64,000 nt of DNA from the human T2T-CHM13v2.0 reference genome, Homo sapiens, in NCBI RefSeq assembly GCF_009914755.1, contig NC_060933.1. One strand, written 5' to 3'. Under the pieces are notes generated by a model. That model did no database searches, was not told the origin of the DNA, and worked only from the letters and a program-made list of their open reading frames with translations. Both the position numbers and the translations under genes were made by a program. Shown here piece after piece: positions 48,464 through 60,429 of the stretch; positions within the stretch are counted from its first letter, which is position 1; each line of letters opens with the position of its first letter.

Positions 48464-49588
48464 AATAAATTTCAAAATACAATTTAAAGCTTTATCAACA
48501 GACTGGACCAAACAGAAAAAAGAATTTCAAAGTTTGAGGACTAATATTTTGAATTAACCCAGACAAAAATAAAGAAAAAAATCCTTAAAAAATAAAGTCT
48601 TCAATAAATATGGAATCATGTAAAATGACCAAACTTATGAAATATTAGCATTTCTGAGAGAAGGAGAAAAAAGAAATAACCTGGAAAACATATTTGAGGG
48701 AATAATTCAAGAAAATTTCCCTAATCTTGCTAGAGACGTAGACATCCAGATACAAGAAATCCAGAGAAGACCTGTGAGGTACTATACATAAAATGAGCAG
48801 AACCAAGGCATGTTGTCACAAGGCTGTCCAATGTCAATGCTAAGGAAAAAATTCTTAAAGGCAACTGGAGAAAGAGGTCAGATCATGTACAGAGGGAACT
48901 TCATCAAGCTAACAGTGGACTTCTCAGCGGAATCCTTACAAGCAAGGAGAGAGTGGGCACCAATTTTCAACATCCTTGAAGAAAAGAAATTCCAACTAAG
49001 AATTTCATATTCTGCCAAACTAAGCTTCACAAACAAAGGAGAAATTCAGTTATTTCCAGACAAGCAATAACTAATGAAAGTTATTATCACTAGACCAACT
49101 TTATAAGAGATCCTTAAGGGAGTTCCTTACATGGAAACATAAGAACATATCTGCTACCACAGAAACATACTTATGTACATTATCTGTAGACCCTATATAG
49201 CAACCACATCATAGAAACTATAAAGCAACCAGTTAACAACTTTATGATAGCATAAAAACTTTATATACCAATATTAAACTTTAATCTAAACAGTCTAAAC
49301 TACCCATTTAAATGGCACAAAGTTGCTAGTTGGATTAAATAAAAGACCCATAATTATGCTGTGTTCAAAAGACCCATCTCATATGTAATGACACCCCTAG
49401 GCTCAAAGTAAAGGGTTAGAGAAAGAGCTGTCATGCAAATAAAAAATAAGAAAGAGCAGAGATTGCTATTCTTATATCATATAAAACACTTTAAACAACA
49501 ACAGTAAAAAATGACAAAGGAAGACATTACATAGTGATGAAAGGTTCAATTCAACAAGGAGACTTAACTATCATAAATATTTAAGCAC

Positions 49589-49962
49589 TGTATTAGCCCA
49601 TTCTCATGCTGCTATAAAGAACTGCCTGAGACTGGGTAATTTATAAAGGAAAGAGTTTTAATTGACTGACAGTCCAGCATGGCTGGAGAGACCTCAGGGA
49701 ACTTAGAATCACGATGGAAGGCACCTCTTTCCAGGACAGCAAGAGAGGGAATGAGAGAGCCGATTAAAGGGAAAAGCCCCTTATAAAACCATCTAATCTC
49801 ATGAGAACTTACTATCACGAGAACAGCATGTGAGAAACTGCTTCCATGATTCAGCTACCTCCCACTGAGTACCTCCCACTTAGTCCCTCCCACCACATGT
49901 GGGGATTATGAGAACTACAATTTAAGATGAGATTTGGGCAGAAACACAGCCAAACCATATCA
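49589..49962 (-). mobile_element. THE1C/D-like MaLR solo LTR inserted in the L1 endonuclease region
   Basis: tgtattagcccattctcatgctgctataaag...cacagccaaaccatatca; L1 resumes on both sides. Confidence 0.92.
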
Positions 49963-52149
49963 CACACCCAACATTGGAGCACCCAAATTCATAAAACAAG
50001 TACTTCTAGACCTAGGAAAAGACTTAGATAGGCACACGATAATAGTGGTGGACACCAACATCCCACTAACAACATGAGACAGATCATTGAAGCAGAAAAT
50101 TAAGAAAGAAATTCTGGACTTAAATTCAACACCTGACCAACTGAACCTATTATAGTAGATATCTACAGAATACTCTGCCCATCACCCATGGGATATACAT
50201 TCTTATCATCTGCAGCAGAACATGCTCTAAGATTTACCACATGCTTGGCAATATAGCAAGTCCCAATAAATTCAACAGAATAGAAATCATAAGAATCATG
50301 CTCTTGGACCACAATGGAATGAAAACAGAAATCAACACCAAAAAGATCTCTCAAAACCACACAATTACATGAAAATTTAAAAACTTGCTCCTGAGTGACT
50401 TTTCGGTAAAGAGAAAAATTGAGGCAAAAATCAAAATATTCTTTGAAATAAATAAAACAGACATAACATACCAAAATCTCTGGGATGCACCAAAAGCAGT
50501 ATTAAGAGGAAGGCTTTTAGTGCTAAAACTGACCTCAAAAAGTTAAAAAGATCTTAAATTTAACAATCTCACATCACACCTAGAGGAACTAGAAAAACAA
50601 GAACAAACTAACCCCAAAGCTAGCGGAAGAAAAGAGATTACTAAAATCAGAGCAGAACTGAACAGAATTGAAACCCCAAAACTCATAAAAGGAATCAACA
50701 CAACAAAAAGTTGGTTGGTTGAAAGGATAAACAAGAGCGATAGACCAATAGGTAAATTAAGAAACAAAAAAACAGAGAAAAGTCAAATAAGCACAATCAG
50801 AAATGACAAAGCTGACATTATATCTTATCCCACAGAAATACAAAAGATCCTCAAAGACTATTATGAACAACTTTATGCATACAAACTAGAATGTCTAGAG
50901 GAAATGGATATGTTCCTGGAATCAGACAACCTCCCAAGACTGAATGAGGAAGAAATTGAAATCCTGAACAGATCAATGTTGAGTTATGAAATTGAATTAG
51001 TAATAAAAGACCTACCAACTGAGAAAAACCCAAGACCCGATGGATTCACACCAAATCCTACCAGACATACAAAGAAAAGCTTCTACCAATTCTACTGAAA
51101 GTATTCCAAAAAATTGAGGGCGAGGGACTCCTCCTTAAATCGTTCTATAAAGCCAGCATCACCCTGATACCAAAACCTGACAAAGACACAACAAAAAAAG
51201 AAAACTGCAGGGCAATATCCCTGATGAACATAGACACAGAAATTCTCAACAAAATACGAGCAAACTGATTCCAGCAGCACATCAAAAAGTTAATTTACCA
51301 CAATCAAGTGGGCTTCATTCCTAAGATGCAAGGTTATTTCTACATATGCAAATCAATATATGTGATCCACCACATAAACAGAATTAAAGGCAAAAACTAG
51401 ATGAACATCTTTAAAGATGCAAAAAAAAAAAATAGCCTTCAAGAAAATCCAATATCCTTCATGATAAAAACCCTCAACAAATGAGGCATCAAAGGAACAT
51501 GCATCAGAATAGTAAGAACCATCTACGACAAACTCACAGCCAACATCATACTGAACAGGCAAAAGCTGGAAGCATTCCCCTTGAGAACTGGAACAAGACA
51601 AGGATGCCCACTGTTACCACTCCTATTCAACACAGTACTGGAAGTCCTACCCAGAGCAATTAAGCAGGAGAAATAAATAAAAGGCATCTAAACAGGAAAG
51701 AAGCCAATCTTTCTCCCTTTGCTGAAAATAAGATTCTATACCTAGAAAACCCTAAATACACTCACAAAAAGTTCCTGGAACTGATAAACGACCTTGGTAA
51801 ACTTCAGTATACAAAATCAATGTACAAAAATCAATAGCATTTCTGTACAACAGTAATGTTCAAGCTTAGATCCAAATCAAGAATACAATCCCATTTCCAA
51901 TAGCCACAAAAACAATAAAATACTTAAGGAATACAACTAACCAAGGAGGTGAAAGATCTCTCCAAGAAGAACTACAAAACACTGCTGAGAGAAATCATAG
52001 ACGTCATATTCTTTAATTTTCTACACAATAACTTGAGTAAGAACAAAATAAAAGTATTTTTCCTACACTTTGTAATATGATAGTCCTGTAATTTATGTAA
52101 AAGAATATTTTTGATGCTTACTGCATCATGGTTTGGTTTTAATGTCTAC

Positions 52150-52285
52150 CATGTGTTTGCTTGTTTGGCGTTCTCCTCACTGGTGTGTAAGCTTCATGAA
52201 AAAAGACTTTTCTTTGACACACTTATTCCTAGCACCCGAAAAATGTCTTAAGAAATATTTGCTAAATGAATGAGTGAATGAATGG
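52150..52285 (+). mobile_element. L2 3' end fragment
   Basis: tgtaagcttcatgaa...aaatatttgctaaatgaatgagtgaatgaat. Confidence 0.65.
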
Positions 52286-52367
52286 AACGTTTTTCATTAT
52301 CAAATTTTTGCTGACACATTTTTAGTGGGGAGAGCTTATTTCTGTGCATAGAAGCATTTGTATAATA

Positions 52368-52588
52368 CAGGTGTCCAGGACTCCCTGCACATACCAAAAT
52401 CTGCACATAGACAAGTCCCACAGTTAGCCCTGAAGAGCCTGTGGATATGAAAAGTTGACCCTCTGTATATGTGAGTTTCATATACCAAGGATACCATGTT
52501 TTCCATCTACATTTGGTTGAAGAAAAGTCCACATATAAAGGGACTCATGTTGATCAAAGTCAGACTCATGCTGATCAAGGGACAATGG
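52368..52588 (+). mobile_element. MER8-like Tigger2 derivative
   Basis: ccaggactccctgcacataccaaaatctgcac...caagtcccacagttagccctg...caagggacaatg, flanked by TA. Confidence 0.75.
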
Positions 52589-52749
52589 TACTTCTCTAAC
52601 ACTTGTTTTCTGTAAGACAGTCATTGCAAAAATTGTATCTCCCTTTCCTTAATTGTCATCTCTGCCTCATTATACAAGACATTGACGTTGCATACAGATT
52701 TTTTAGGGGGGTTACACAATGTCATAAAAGCTTTTTGATAGATGGGAGA

Positions 52750-52965
52750 CATTTAAAAGTCAGAAAATTTAACTGAAAATCCAGATTACTGACTTCTGTT
52801 GAATAATCTGATATTCAACACAGGACCTACAATCGTGCATGAGAGCCATCAGCTGTATCTGAAGAGCTTCTCTTCCTATAGAATGGGTATATAATTCTAG
52901 CTTGCTTACCTCACATATGTCACCTGCTTGTCCCTTGTGGCCAATTGACTTTTTGACCCCTTCTG
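52750..52965. mobile_element. Possible MER102-like hAT fragment (a similar block may lie at 54170-54480)
   Basis: aaaatccagattactgacttctgttgaataatctg...caacacaggacctaca; weak recall match. Confidence 0.35.
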
Positions 52966-54487
52966 TACATCATTTTTGGAAGTTGTAGCTTTTGTTTTTA
53001 TTTGAGTTGCATTTCTATCAAAATGCATGTAGAAATAAGTATTTCTTATGTAGAAATAAGAAGAAATAAGTATTCTCATGTGGAAATACGTATGAATAAC
53101 AAGCAATCAGGGTCGTGTGACTACTGATTGAAAACACAAATGAGTCCCTGTTAGTGTATTCCTATTAAGTCCAAGGGATCTCTGGGAAGGCACTTAGCAT
53201 AAATTTAAGTTAATATTATGTAAAGTCGTATCATAGCCCTTCCACCTTGGAAAAACCTGAATCTTCATTTTTACCTACAGTATTGGAGTCATAATATGAT
53301 AAGAGGTAAATAGAAAGAAGATATTTTTAAATGTATTTATTACGGTATGGAATGAGACTTCTGAATCATCTGCATTTTTATGCTTTACATTTGAGTGATG
53401 CATCCATTTTGCATCACATGTGTGTGAAAGTTCTGAAACATATTTCAATTACAGATTTGCTATATTTTTTAATTCAGTTAATTTAGTGGTAAGAGAGCTG
53501 TTATATAGACCTCATCAATAATTACACAGAAGGGTCTGTTAGACTAACAGATGCTCTAACAGTATAAACAAAATGTTTTGTTTAGAGTTCTGTTTAACTT
53601 TACATATTTAATTTTAATAATATTTTAGTTGAGTTATCATAGTTTATAGCACTGCAAATTTAGTTTTAAACACACACAGCATGAAATTTTTATAGTTATA
53701 AAATGTATAAGATTTTAGGGCACAGTTATCCATGAATTGATTAGCTGGGGGACAAAAAAATTCCTGCAGTTGGAGCACAATCTAAAATATCAGATAAATA
53801 TAAAGGCAAATTAGATGTTGAATGATCTAATTTTATAAAGCTGTATCTATATCAGTGACACAAAATTGTTAGAACCCCAGTCATTGTGACAATACATTTT
53901 ATTTTAAAGGAACTTTCTTTCCAAATTGTAAAGCTTATTGTTTCAAAATAATAATAATTTATTTTATTTGTGTAGCTATTTAAAGTTTTCAAGCCACTTA
54001 CATCTGGGTTACTGCCTTCTATCAGCATTAAAGAAAAGGTCATTCTCTCAACCTAGTTATATCTCAGATTTGTTTTTTAGTACTCTATGCCATTCTGCAT
54101 GAAAAACCCATACCATCTTTGGACACTAATTAGAACTAATAGGCCATTTGCTTGAAAATTCTCTGAAGCAAAAGTTTACAAACTATGTCCTGTGGGCTAT
54201 ATTTAGTCCTAAACATTTTATCTTTCATTAACACATTATTTTAAAATTTATTTGAAACATTTGTTGATACTTTAAGATTTAGACATTTCTCAACTTATTG
54301 GATTTCTGTCTTCTTTCAAAATAATGTGAAGATCACTACAAGGTCTGCCAACCCCCATAGAAATAATCAGCCAGAACAAAGAATGGTTCCTTACCCCCAG
54401 GAGTACTCTACAGTTAGCTTCACTCTTACAGAGCCAGTTCTGTCACTTATATTCCCTGGGTTAGACCTTCTTGTGTTGTCCTTTTGA

Positions 54488-54830
54488 GTAGCTTTTAAAC
54501 TTGGTGCACGTGATAAACATGTGAGGTTAAAAAGTGTTGATTCCCTTTATACATCATGACCAATTAAATCATATACTCTGAGGAAGCAGCCTGGGGATGG
54601 GTCTTATGTTTCCCAGGTGATTCTAATGTGCATCCAGGTTTAAGAACCACAATTCTAAAGGCTTCTTCCCATGTTCTAATTCACTGGTACTCAAAGTGTG
54701 GTTGCTCTCAGCATCTGTACCTCTTAGGATATTGTTAAAAATGCAAATCCCATGGCCCATTCCAGATCTACAGAATCAAACTCTCTGGAGGGGAGGCCTA
54801 GGAAACTGTTTAAAAACCTTTCTAGGGAAA
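54488..54830. mobile_element. Two adjacent MER5-family fragments
   Basis: tcccaggtgattctaatgtgcatccaggtttaagaaccac and ggtactcaaagtgtgg...tgttaaaaatgcaaatcc...gaatcaaactct. Confidence 0.75.
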
Positions 54831-57204
54831 TACTTCTCTAATTCACTACAGCCATGTATAATTAAGGAAGAATTGCCTGTAAAAGAATCTCATCTCTGAC
54901 CTTTCCTCTACTCTTCACAATCTTTCCTCAGTGACATTTGCTGCTCTCTGATATTCTGCTATCTCTCAACGTAAGGCCCAACCTAAGTTTGTTTTCTACT
55001 CTAGTTCTATACAGTCCCATTTAACCTTTACCACTTCTGACCTTAGGCCATTGAAGGGCCACTTTCTACAAAGTTGTCATAGGAAAAAAACAGTCTGATA
55101 TTAATTTCATGATTATGATTTCCACCTAGGTTATACTTGCAGAGGGTTTGAATCTTCAAAGAGGAGTTGTTAATATAGCTAAATCTCAAATTTCAAGAAT
55201 TTCAGCTATTTCAGCAAAAGTTTGTTGGGGTTAGGCAGGAGGTACAACTCATTTTCCCTTCAAGACTAATTGTCTAGTACCTTACTTGACTCTATATTAT
55301 AAATTTGCACTCAAACACAACTGAAATTTCCTGGACATCAAGACTTCCTAGTCCTGATTCTCTATGCTTTGGGGCCATATTTTTCTTCTTCTTGGGCCAT
55401 TTTCTCTGAGCCTTATTGTACGTATCTATAAAGTAAGAAGATTAGGCAGAAAGTATGTTTCTCTCCCTTTTTTAAAGAACAACTTCTCTTTTTAAAAATC
55501 ACATATGAAATTTCATTAAACAAAACATCTGAAAGAAATATTAAGAAACCTAATACGAGGACACAGAGCACCATTAGTTCACTGGTATCCCTCCTTCTGA
55601 CAAACAGGTAGGGGAAAAAAGAAACAGGAAAAAAAAAGATTATTATTTTTAGAGAATAGATCCCTTGAATTACTTTCTACATATATATAGAATTGATAAA
55701 ATTTAACTGTGTGTATATTTTCATAAACCCTTTGTGTTTTAGCAGCTAGAGCAATTAGATTAATAGTATAGGAACAACAATATGTGTAATTGAAACAGGT
55801 ATAATTTTTTTCTAACATATTAAAAGATAGCATTTACTGAAACCATAGTATTGCAGGAACAGTGCTACATGCTTAAAGTGGATTGTTAAAAATTATAAAA
55901 ACACTGCAATGTAGTTATTACTACCTGAATTACATAATTTTCCTGAGGTCATACAACTTCCAAAAGGCAAAGCCAGTCTCCCAACCAATGTTCATCTTGG
56001 TGCAAAGATTATGTTTCATCTATTGCTCCATGATATTGCTCATCAGTAAACACAAAATGCTTCTGGCAAACATTTCAAGATTATTTTGTGTGGTGTTTCT
56101 AGTTCCGGGAGGAATTTGGAGTGTGTCTTACTGCTATTGGGATATAGTATACTAAAATAGGCAAGACTACCCATTGGAGTCAGACCACTCTGTACTTCCA
56201 TTTTTTCACTTGCAAAACAGGGGTACAATCCTTTACTTACACCATCGTTCGAAGAAGAAAATACATTTGTAAGTAAAAGGAATACATGGCATACTTAAAA
56301 ATGTGTTTAAGAATATTGGTTCTTAAAGATGTAAGTCTGTATATTTTCCACTGGCCTGGTACCTTAAGAATATGTAACAATTATGCATTTTATTGGAATT
56401 TCAAAGTTTTTAAATGTGGAGAGGTTTAATACAAATATTATATGCCTAATAGAATTACAGAAGCCTTGTTAACTTCACAAAATTATTTCCAGAACTGACA
56501 CAGATATAACCTAAAATAAGAAGAGGGTGTTTCTTTGTTTTCAGTTATTTGTTGGGTAGTCCATATGACTTAAATGAGAAATAATTTATAAAAAATAATG
56601 AAATACTTGTCAAATATAAAAAGATTAATTAATACTGATGTTATTTAATGGTACATCTCTATGAATAAATTTACCCTAAAAGTGGAGCTCAGTGTTTGTG
56701 TCTCTGTGTTCTTCAGTTTTCACATTAATTCTTCCCACAGACTGAGCATGCAAGCTCAAAAATGTATCTTTCCGTGTGTTTGAAGAAAACAGGACTAAAT
56801 ATAAACAAGTATATTAGTATTTGAATAACAAATACTCTATGAAAACTTTTTAATAGTCTTTATTATTCTTAATTGAATTTATAATTTTTCAGAGAGATTA
56901 TGGTGGTTGTACAATTTTATATGTTCCCTCTGTGGCTATAATATACTTGAAAATATCTGTGTTCTACTCTCAAAGCACACGATTGAGTGTCACTCTTCAA
57001 AGGATTACTTCTTCAAGAATAAATGTGAAGGAATATTGTCCAAATACAAAAAACAAACAGCATCATTTAAAAATGTAATAGTGATGGACTTGACATTTAT
57101 TTATCTAATTTAATATTTGTTCATACAAAAGAAAACAAATTAAATTTATTTAATAAAATAAATCATTAGCGTATTCATAATAAAATTCTATGTAACTTAA
57201 AATC

Positions 57205-57394
57205 ATAACGTTTTAAAGCTTACAGATTGACGATGATATCCTAATTTCAAGTTTTCCCTTTCTACTGAAAATTTTACAATAGGAAGCCCTTTTATTAAAA
57301 GAATTCTCCTGGCACCTGTTGGGCTCCTAGAAACATTAAAGCTATTGCTAACCACATAATCAAGCAGATTAGCATATTTGTAAGAGATGCTGTG
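57205..57394 (+). repeat. Arm A of a 190-bp inverted repeat (partner 57679-57869)
   Basis: About 90% identical by manual alignment; peptides SYKYANLLDYVVSNSFNV in ORFs 57203- and 57676+. Confidence 0.95.
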
Positions 57395-57399
57395 TGAAA

Positions 57400-59168
57400 A
57401 AATGTACATTGACAACACCAAATGCTGGCAAGGATGCAGAACAACAGTAACTTTTATTTTTTGCTTGTGCATATGCAAAATATTACCACCAAATATTAGT
57501 CAATGTTCTCCAGAGAAGCAGCAGAACTATTTTATATATACATATAATATTTTATATATATATATATATATATAGTAGTTATCATGGGACCTCTCAGTTT
57601 TTATAATTGCTTGAACCAATTCCTAATAATCTCTCTCTGTCTTTCTGTGTGTGTGTGTAAACATTTTGTAATGTTTTGCACAGCACCTCTTACAAATATG
57701 CTAATCTGCTTGATTATGTGGTTAGCAATAGCTTTAATGTTTATAGGAGCCCAACAAGAGCCAGGAAAATTCTTGCAATAAGAGGGCTTCCTATTATTGC
57801 AAAATTCTCAGTAGAAAGGGAAAATTTGAATTTAGGATATCATTATCAATCTATAGTATAAAATGTTATAGATTGATGATTATATCCTATGTATTATATA
57901 TATACATAATGTGTATACATATATACATTTTGTGTGTGTGTGCGTATATATATATCTACACACATTTTATATGTGTATATATATATACATTTTGTGTATG
58001 TTCACACACAGAGAGAGAGAAAGAGTGAGACAGAGGGGACAGAGAGAGAGGAGAGAGAGATTATGAGGAATTGGCTCATGCAATTATAAAATCTGAGAAG
58101 TCCCGTGATCTGCCATCTGCCATCTGGAGACCCAGGAAAGCCAGTGGTGTAACTGAGTTCATGTCTGAAAGTCTGAGAACCAGAGGAGCTGATGGTGTAA
58201 CTCCCATCATGAGAAGAGATGTCCCAGCTCAAGCAGGCAGGAAAGAATCAAAAAGGGCAAATTATTCTTTCTTCTGCCTTTTGTTATATCCAGGCTCTCA
58301 ATCGATTGAAAGACACTCCTCTCCCCACCATATTAGGGAGGACAATCTACTTTACTATGTAGACTAACTTAAACGTTTATCTCATCAAGACACACCCTCA
58401 CAGACACTCAGAGATAATGTTTAATCTGGGCACCTCATGGCCAGTCAAGTTGACACATAAAATTAACCATCACATCATTTTGGCCGTTTCTTACAAAACT
58501 AAACATAATTTTTCCACATGACCCAACAATCGTGCTTCTTTGTATTTACTCAATGGACATGAACATTTATGTTCACACAAAAACTTACAAATAAATGTTT
58601 ATAGAAACTTTATTCATAATTGCCAAAACTGGGAAGCAGCCAAAGTGTCCTTTAGTGGGTGACTGGATAAATAAGTGTAGTACATAAAGAAAATAGAATA
58701 TTTTTCAGCGCTAAAAGGAAATGAGGTATCAAGCTACGAAACGACGTAAAAGAAATGTACAGACATGTTACAAGGTGAAAGAAACCAATCTGAAAGGCTA
58801 CACGCTGTATAATTCAGCTACAGTATATGACTTTCTGGAAAGCAAAACTATGGAGACAGTAAAAGGATCAGTGGTTGCCAGGGGCCAAAGGGGAGGGAGA
58901 GATGAACAGGCAGAACATAGAAAATCTTTAGAAAAGTGAAACTCTTCTGTGTGATACTACAATGGTAGATGTATGTCATTATGTAGTTGCCAAAACCACA
59001 GAATGTGCAATACTCTAATTTACAAGAGTTTACAGGAGTGAACCCTAATGTAAACTATGGTATTTGGGTGATGATGATGTGTCAATGTGGGTTCACAGAT
59101 TATAACAAATGTACCACTCTGATATGTGGTGTTGATCTTGGGGGAGGACATGTATGTGTGAGGTGGGG
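57400..59168 (+). mobile_element. L1MC/L1MD 3' portion split by an MLT2 LTR
   Basis: tgacaacaccaaatgctggcaaggatg; resumes at 58475 ttggccgtttcttacaaaactaaacat; 3' UTR aaccctaatgtaaactatgg. Confidence 0.85.
57492..58474 (-). mobile_element. MLT2C-like ERV-L solo LTR with microsatellites and a complex insertion
   Basis: tattagtcaatgttctccagagaa ... gaggaattggctcatg ... gttgacacataaaattaaccatcaca. Confidence 0.88.
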
Positions 59169-59169
59169 T

Positions 59170-59697
59170 GGGCAATGGCTAATTTTGTGTGTCAATTTGA
59201 CTGGACTAAATAATGCCCATATAGCTGGTAAACATTATTTCTGAGTGTGTCTCTGAGGCTGGGTTTCCAGAAGAAATTAACACTTGATAGGTAGACTGAG
59301 TAAAGAAGAGTGCTCTCACCCATTCGGTTGGGCATCGTCCAATCCATTTAGGGCCTAAATAGAACAAAAAGGCAGAGGAAGAGCAAATTTGCTCTTTTCT
59401 TGAACTAAGGAATTCATTTTCTCCTGCCCTTGGTCATTGGTGTACCTGATTCTTGGACCTCTAGAATCAGACTGGGACTTACACCACCAGCTCCCCGGGT
59501 TCTCAGGCCTTCAGGTCTGGACTGGAACTACACTACTGGCTTTCCTGGGCCTCCAGCTTGCAAATGGAAATTGTGGGACTTCTCAGCCTCCATAATCACG
59601 AGTCAATCCTTTATATTAAATCTCTTTATATGTATATATTTATACACACACACACACACATACACACTACTGGCTCTGGAGAAACTTCACTAGTATA
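59170..59697 (+). mobile_element. MLT2D-like 5' LTR of an ERV-L provirus
   Basis: atggctaattttgtgtgtcaatttgactgg...ctggtaaacattatttctg...ctctggagaaac..actagtata, with (CA)n near the end. Confidence 0.88.
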
Positions 59698-60429
59698 GGT
59701 TTTGGTACTGAAAGTGGTTGTAGAGAAGCACAATTTTAAGTATGAAATTTCTGTTGATTCTGAGGTTTCTGGAATTGGCTCTGTAATCTCATTAGATTTA
59801 AAGATGCTAATGGCTGTTTCCAGTAGTGAAGAAAGCACATACCTTTCACTAATACTGTGAAACATAAATTTGTGAAGGGATCTCCAGCATTCTTGAAGAG
59901 CTCTGTGATTGCTCTTCTCTGTAGGCCAGACCCCATACAGAAAACAGCAGTCACTGAATTGGGAAATCTAAATGCAATGGGAGAAATTGGATTCTAGGGT
60001 GCCAAGGACCACGGGGCAGCATTCATCCACCAATGGCAAGACAGGCATGGCTGCCTTTGTGGACAGCAAAGTCAAAGCTGACATCAGGACTGCATGACTC
60101 ACACAGACCTATGGTGCTGGCTGGTTAACCCTAATGTTCCTAAAAGTGAAACAGATAGGAAGCCTATTGAATTCTTATTTGATATGTATAAGCAGGTAAG
60201 TTCTGGGTCCAGTTAACAAAAGCCTACCTCAGATTATAAAACCAGCCATTAATGGCCCCTCCGTCAATCCCCAGATCTGAACCAGTTTGCAAACCAGAAC
60301 CCCTCAAATCGAAAAGAGGCTGGGTTCTCTTGAGGAAACACCTTGGTACACTGCCACAAATTTATACTGTTAATCTTTCTTCTGGCCTTACACCAAAGAC
60401 ATCTTTTTACCATAGTGACTGTACACTGA

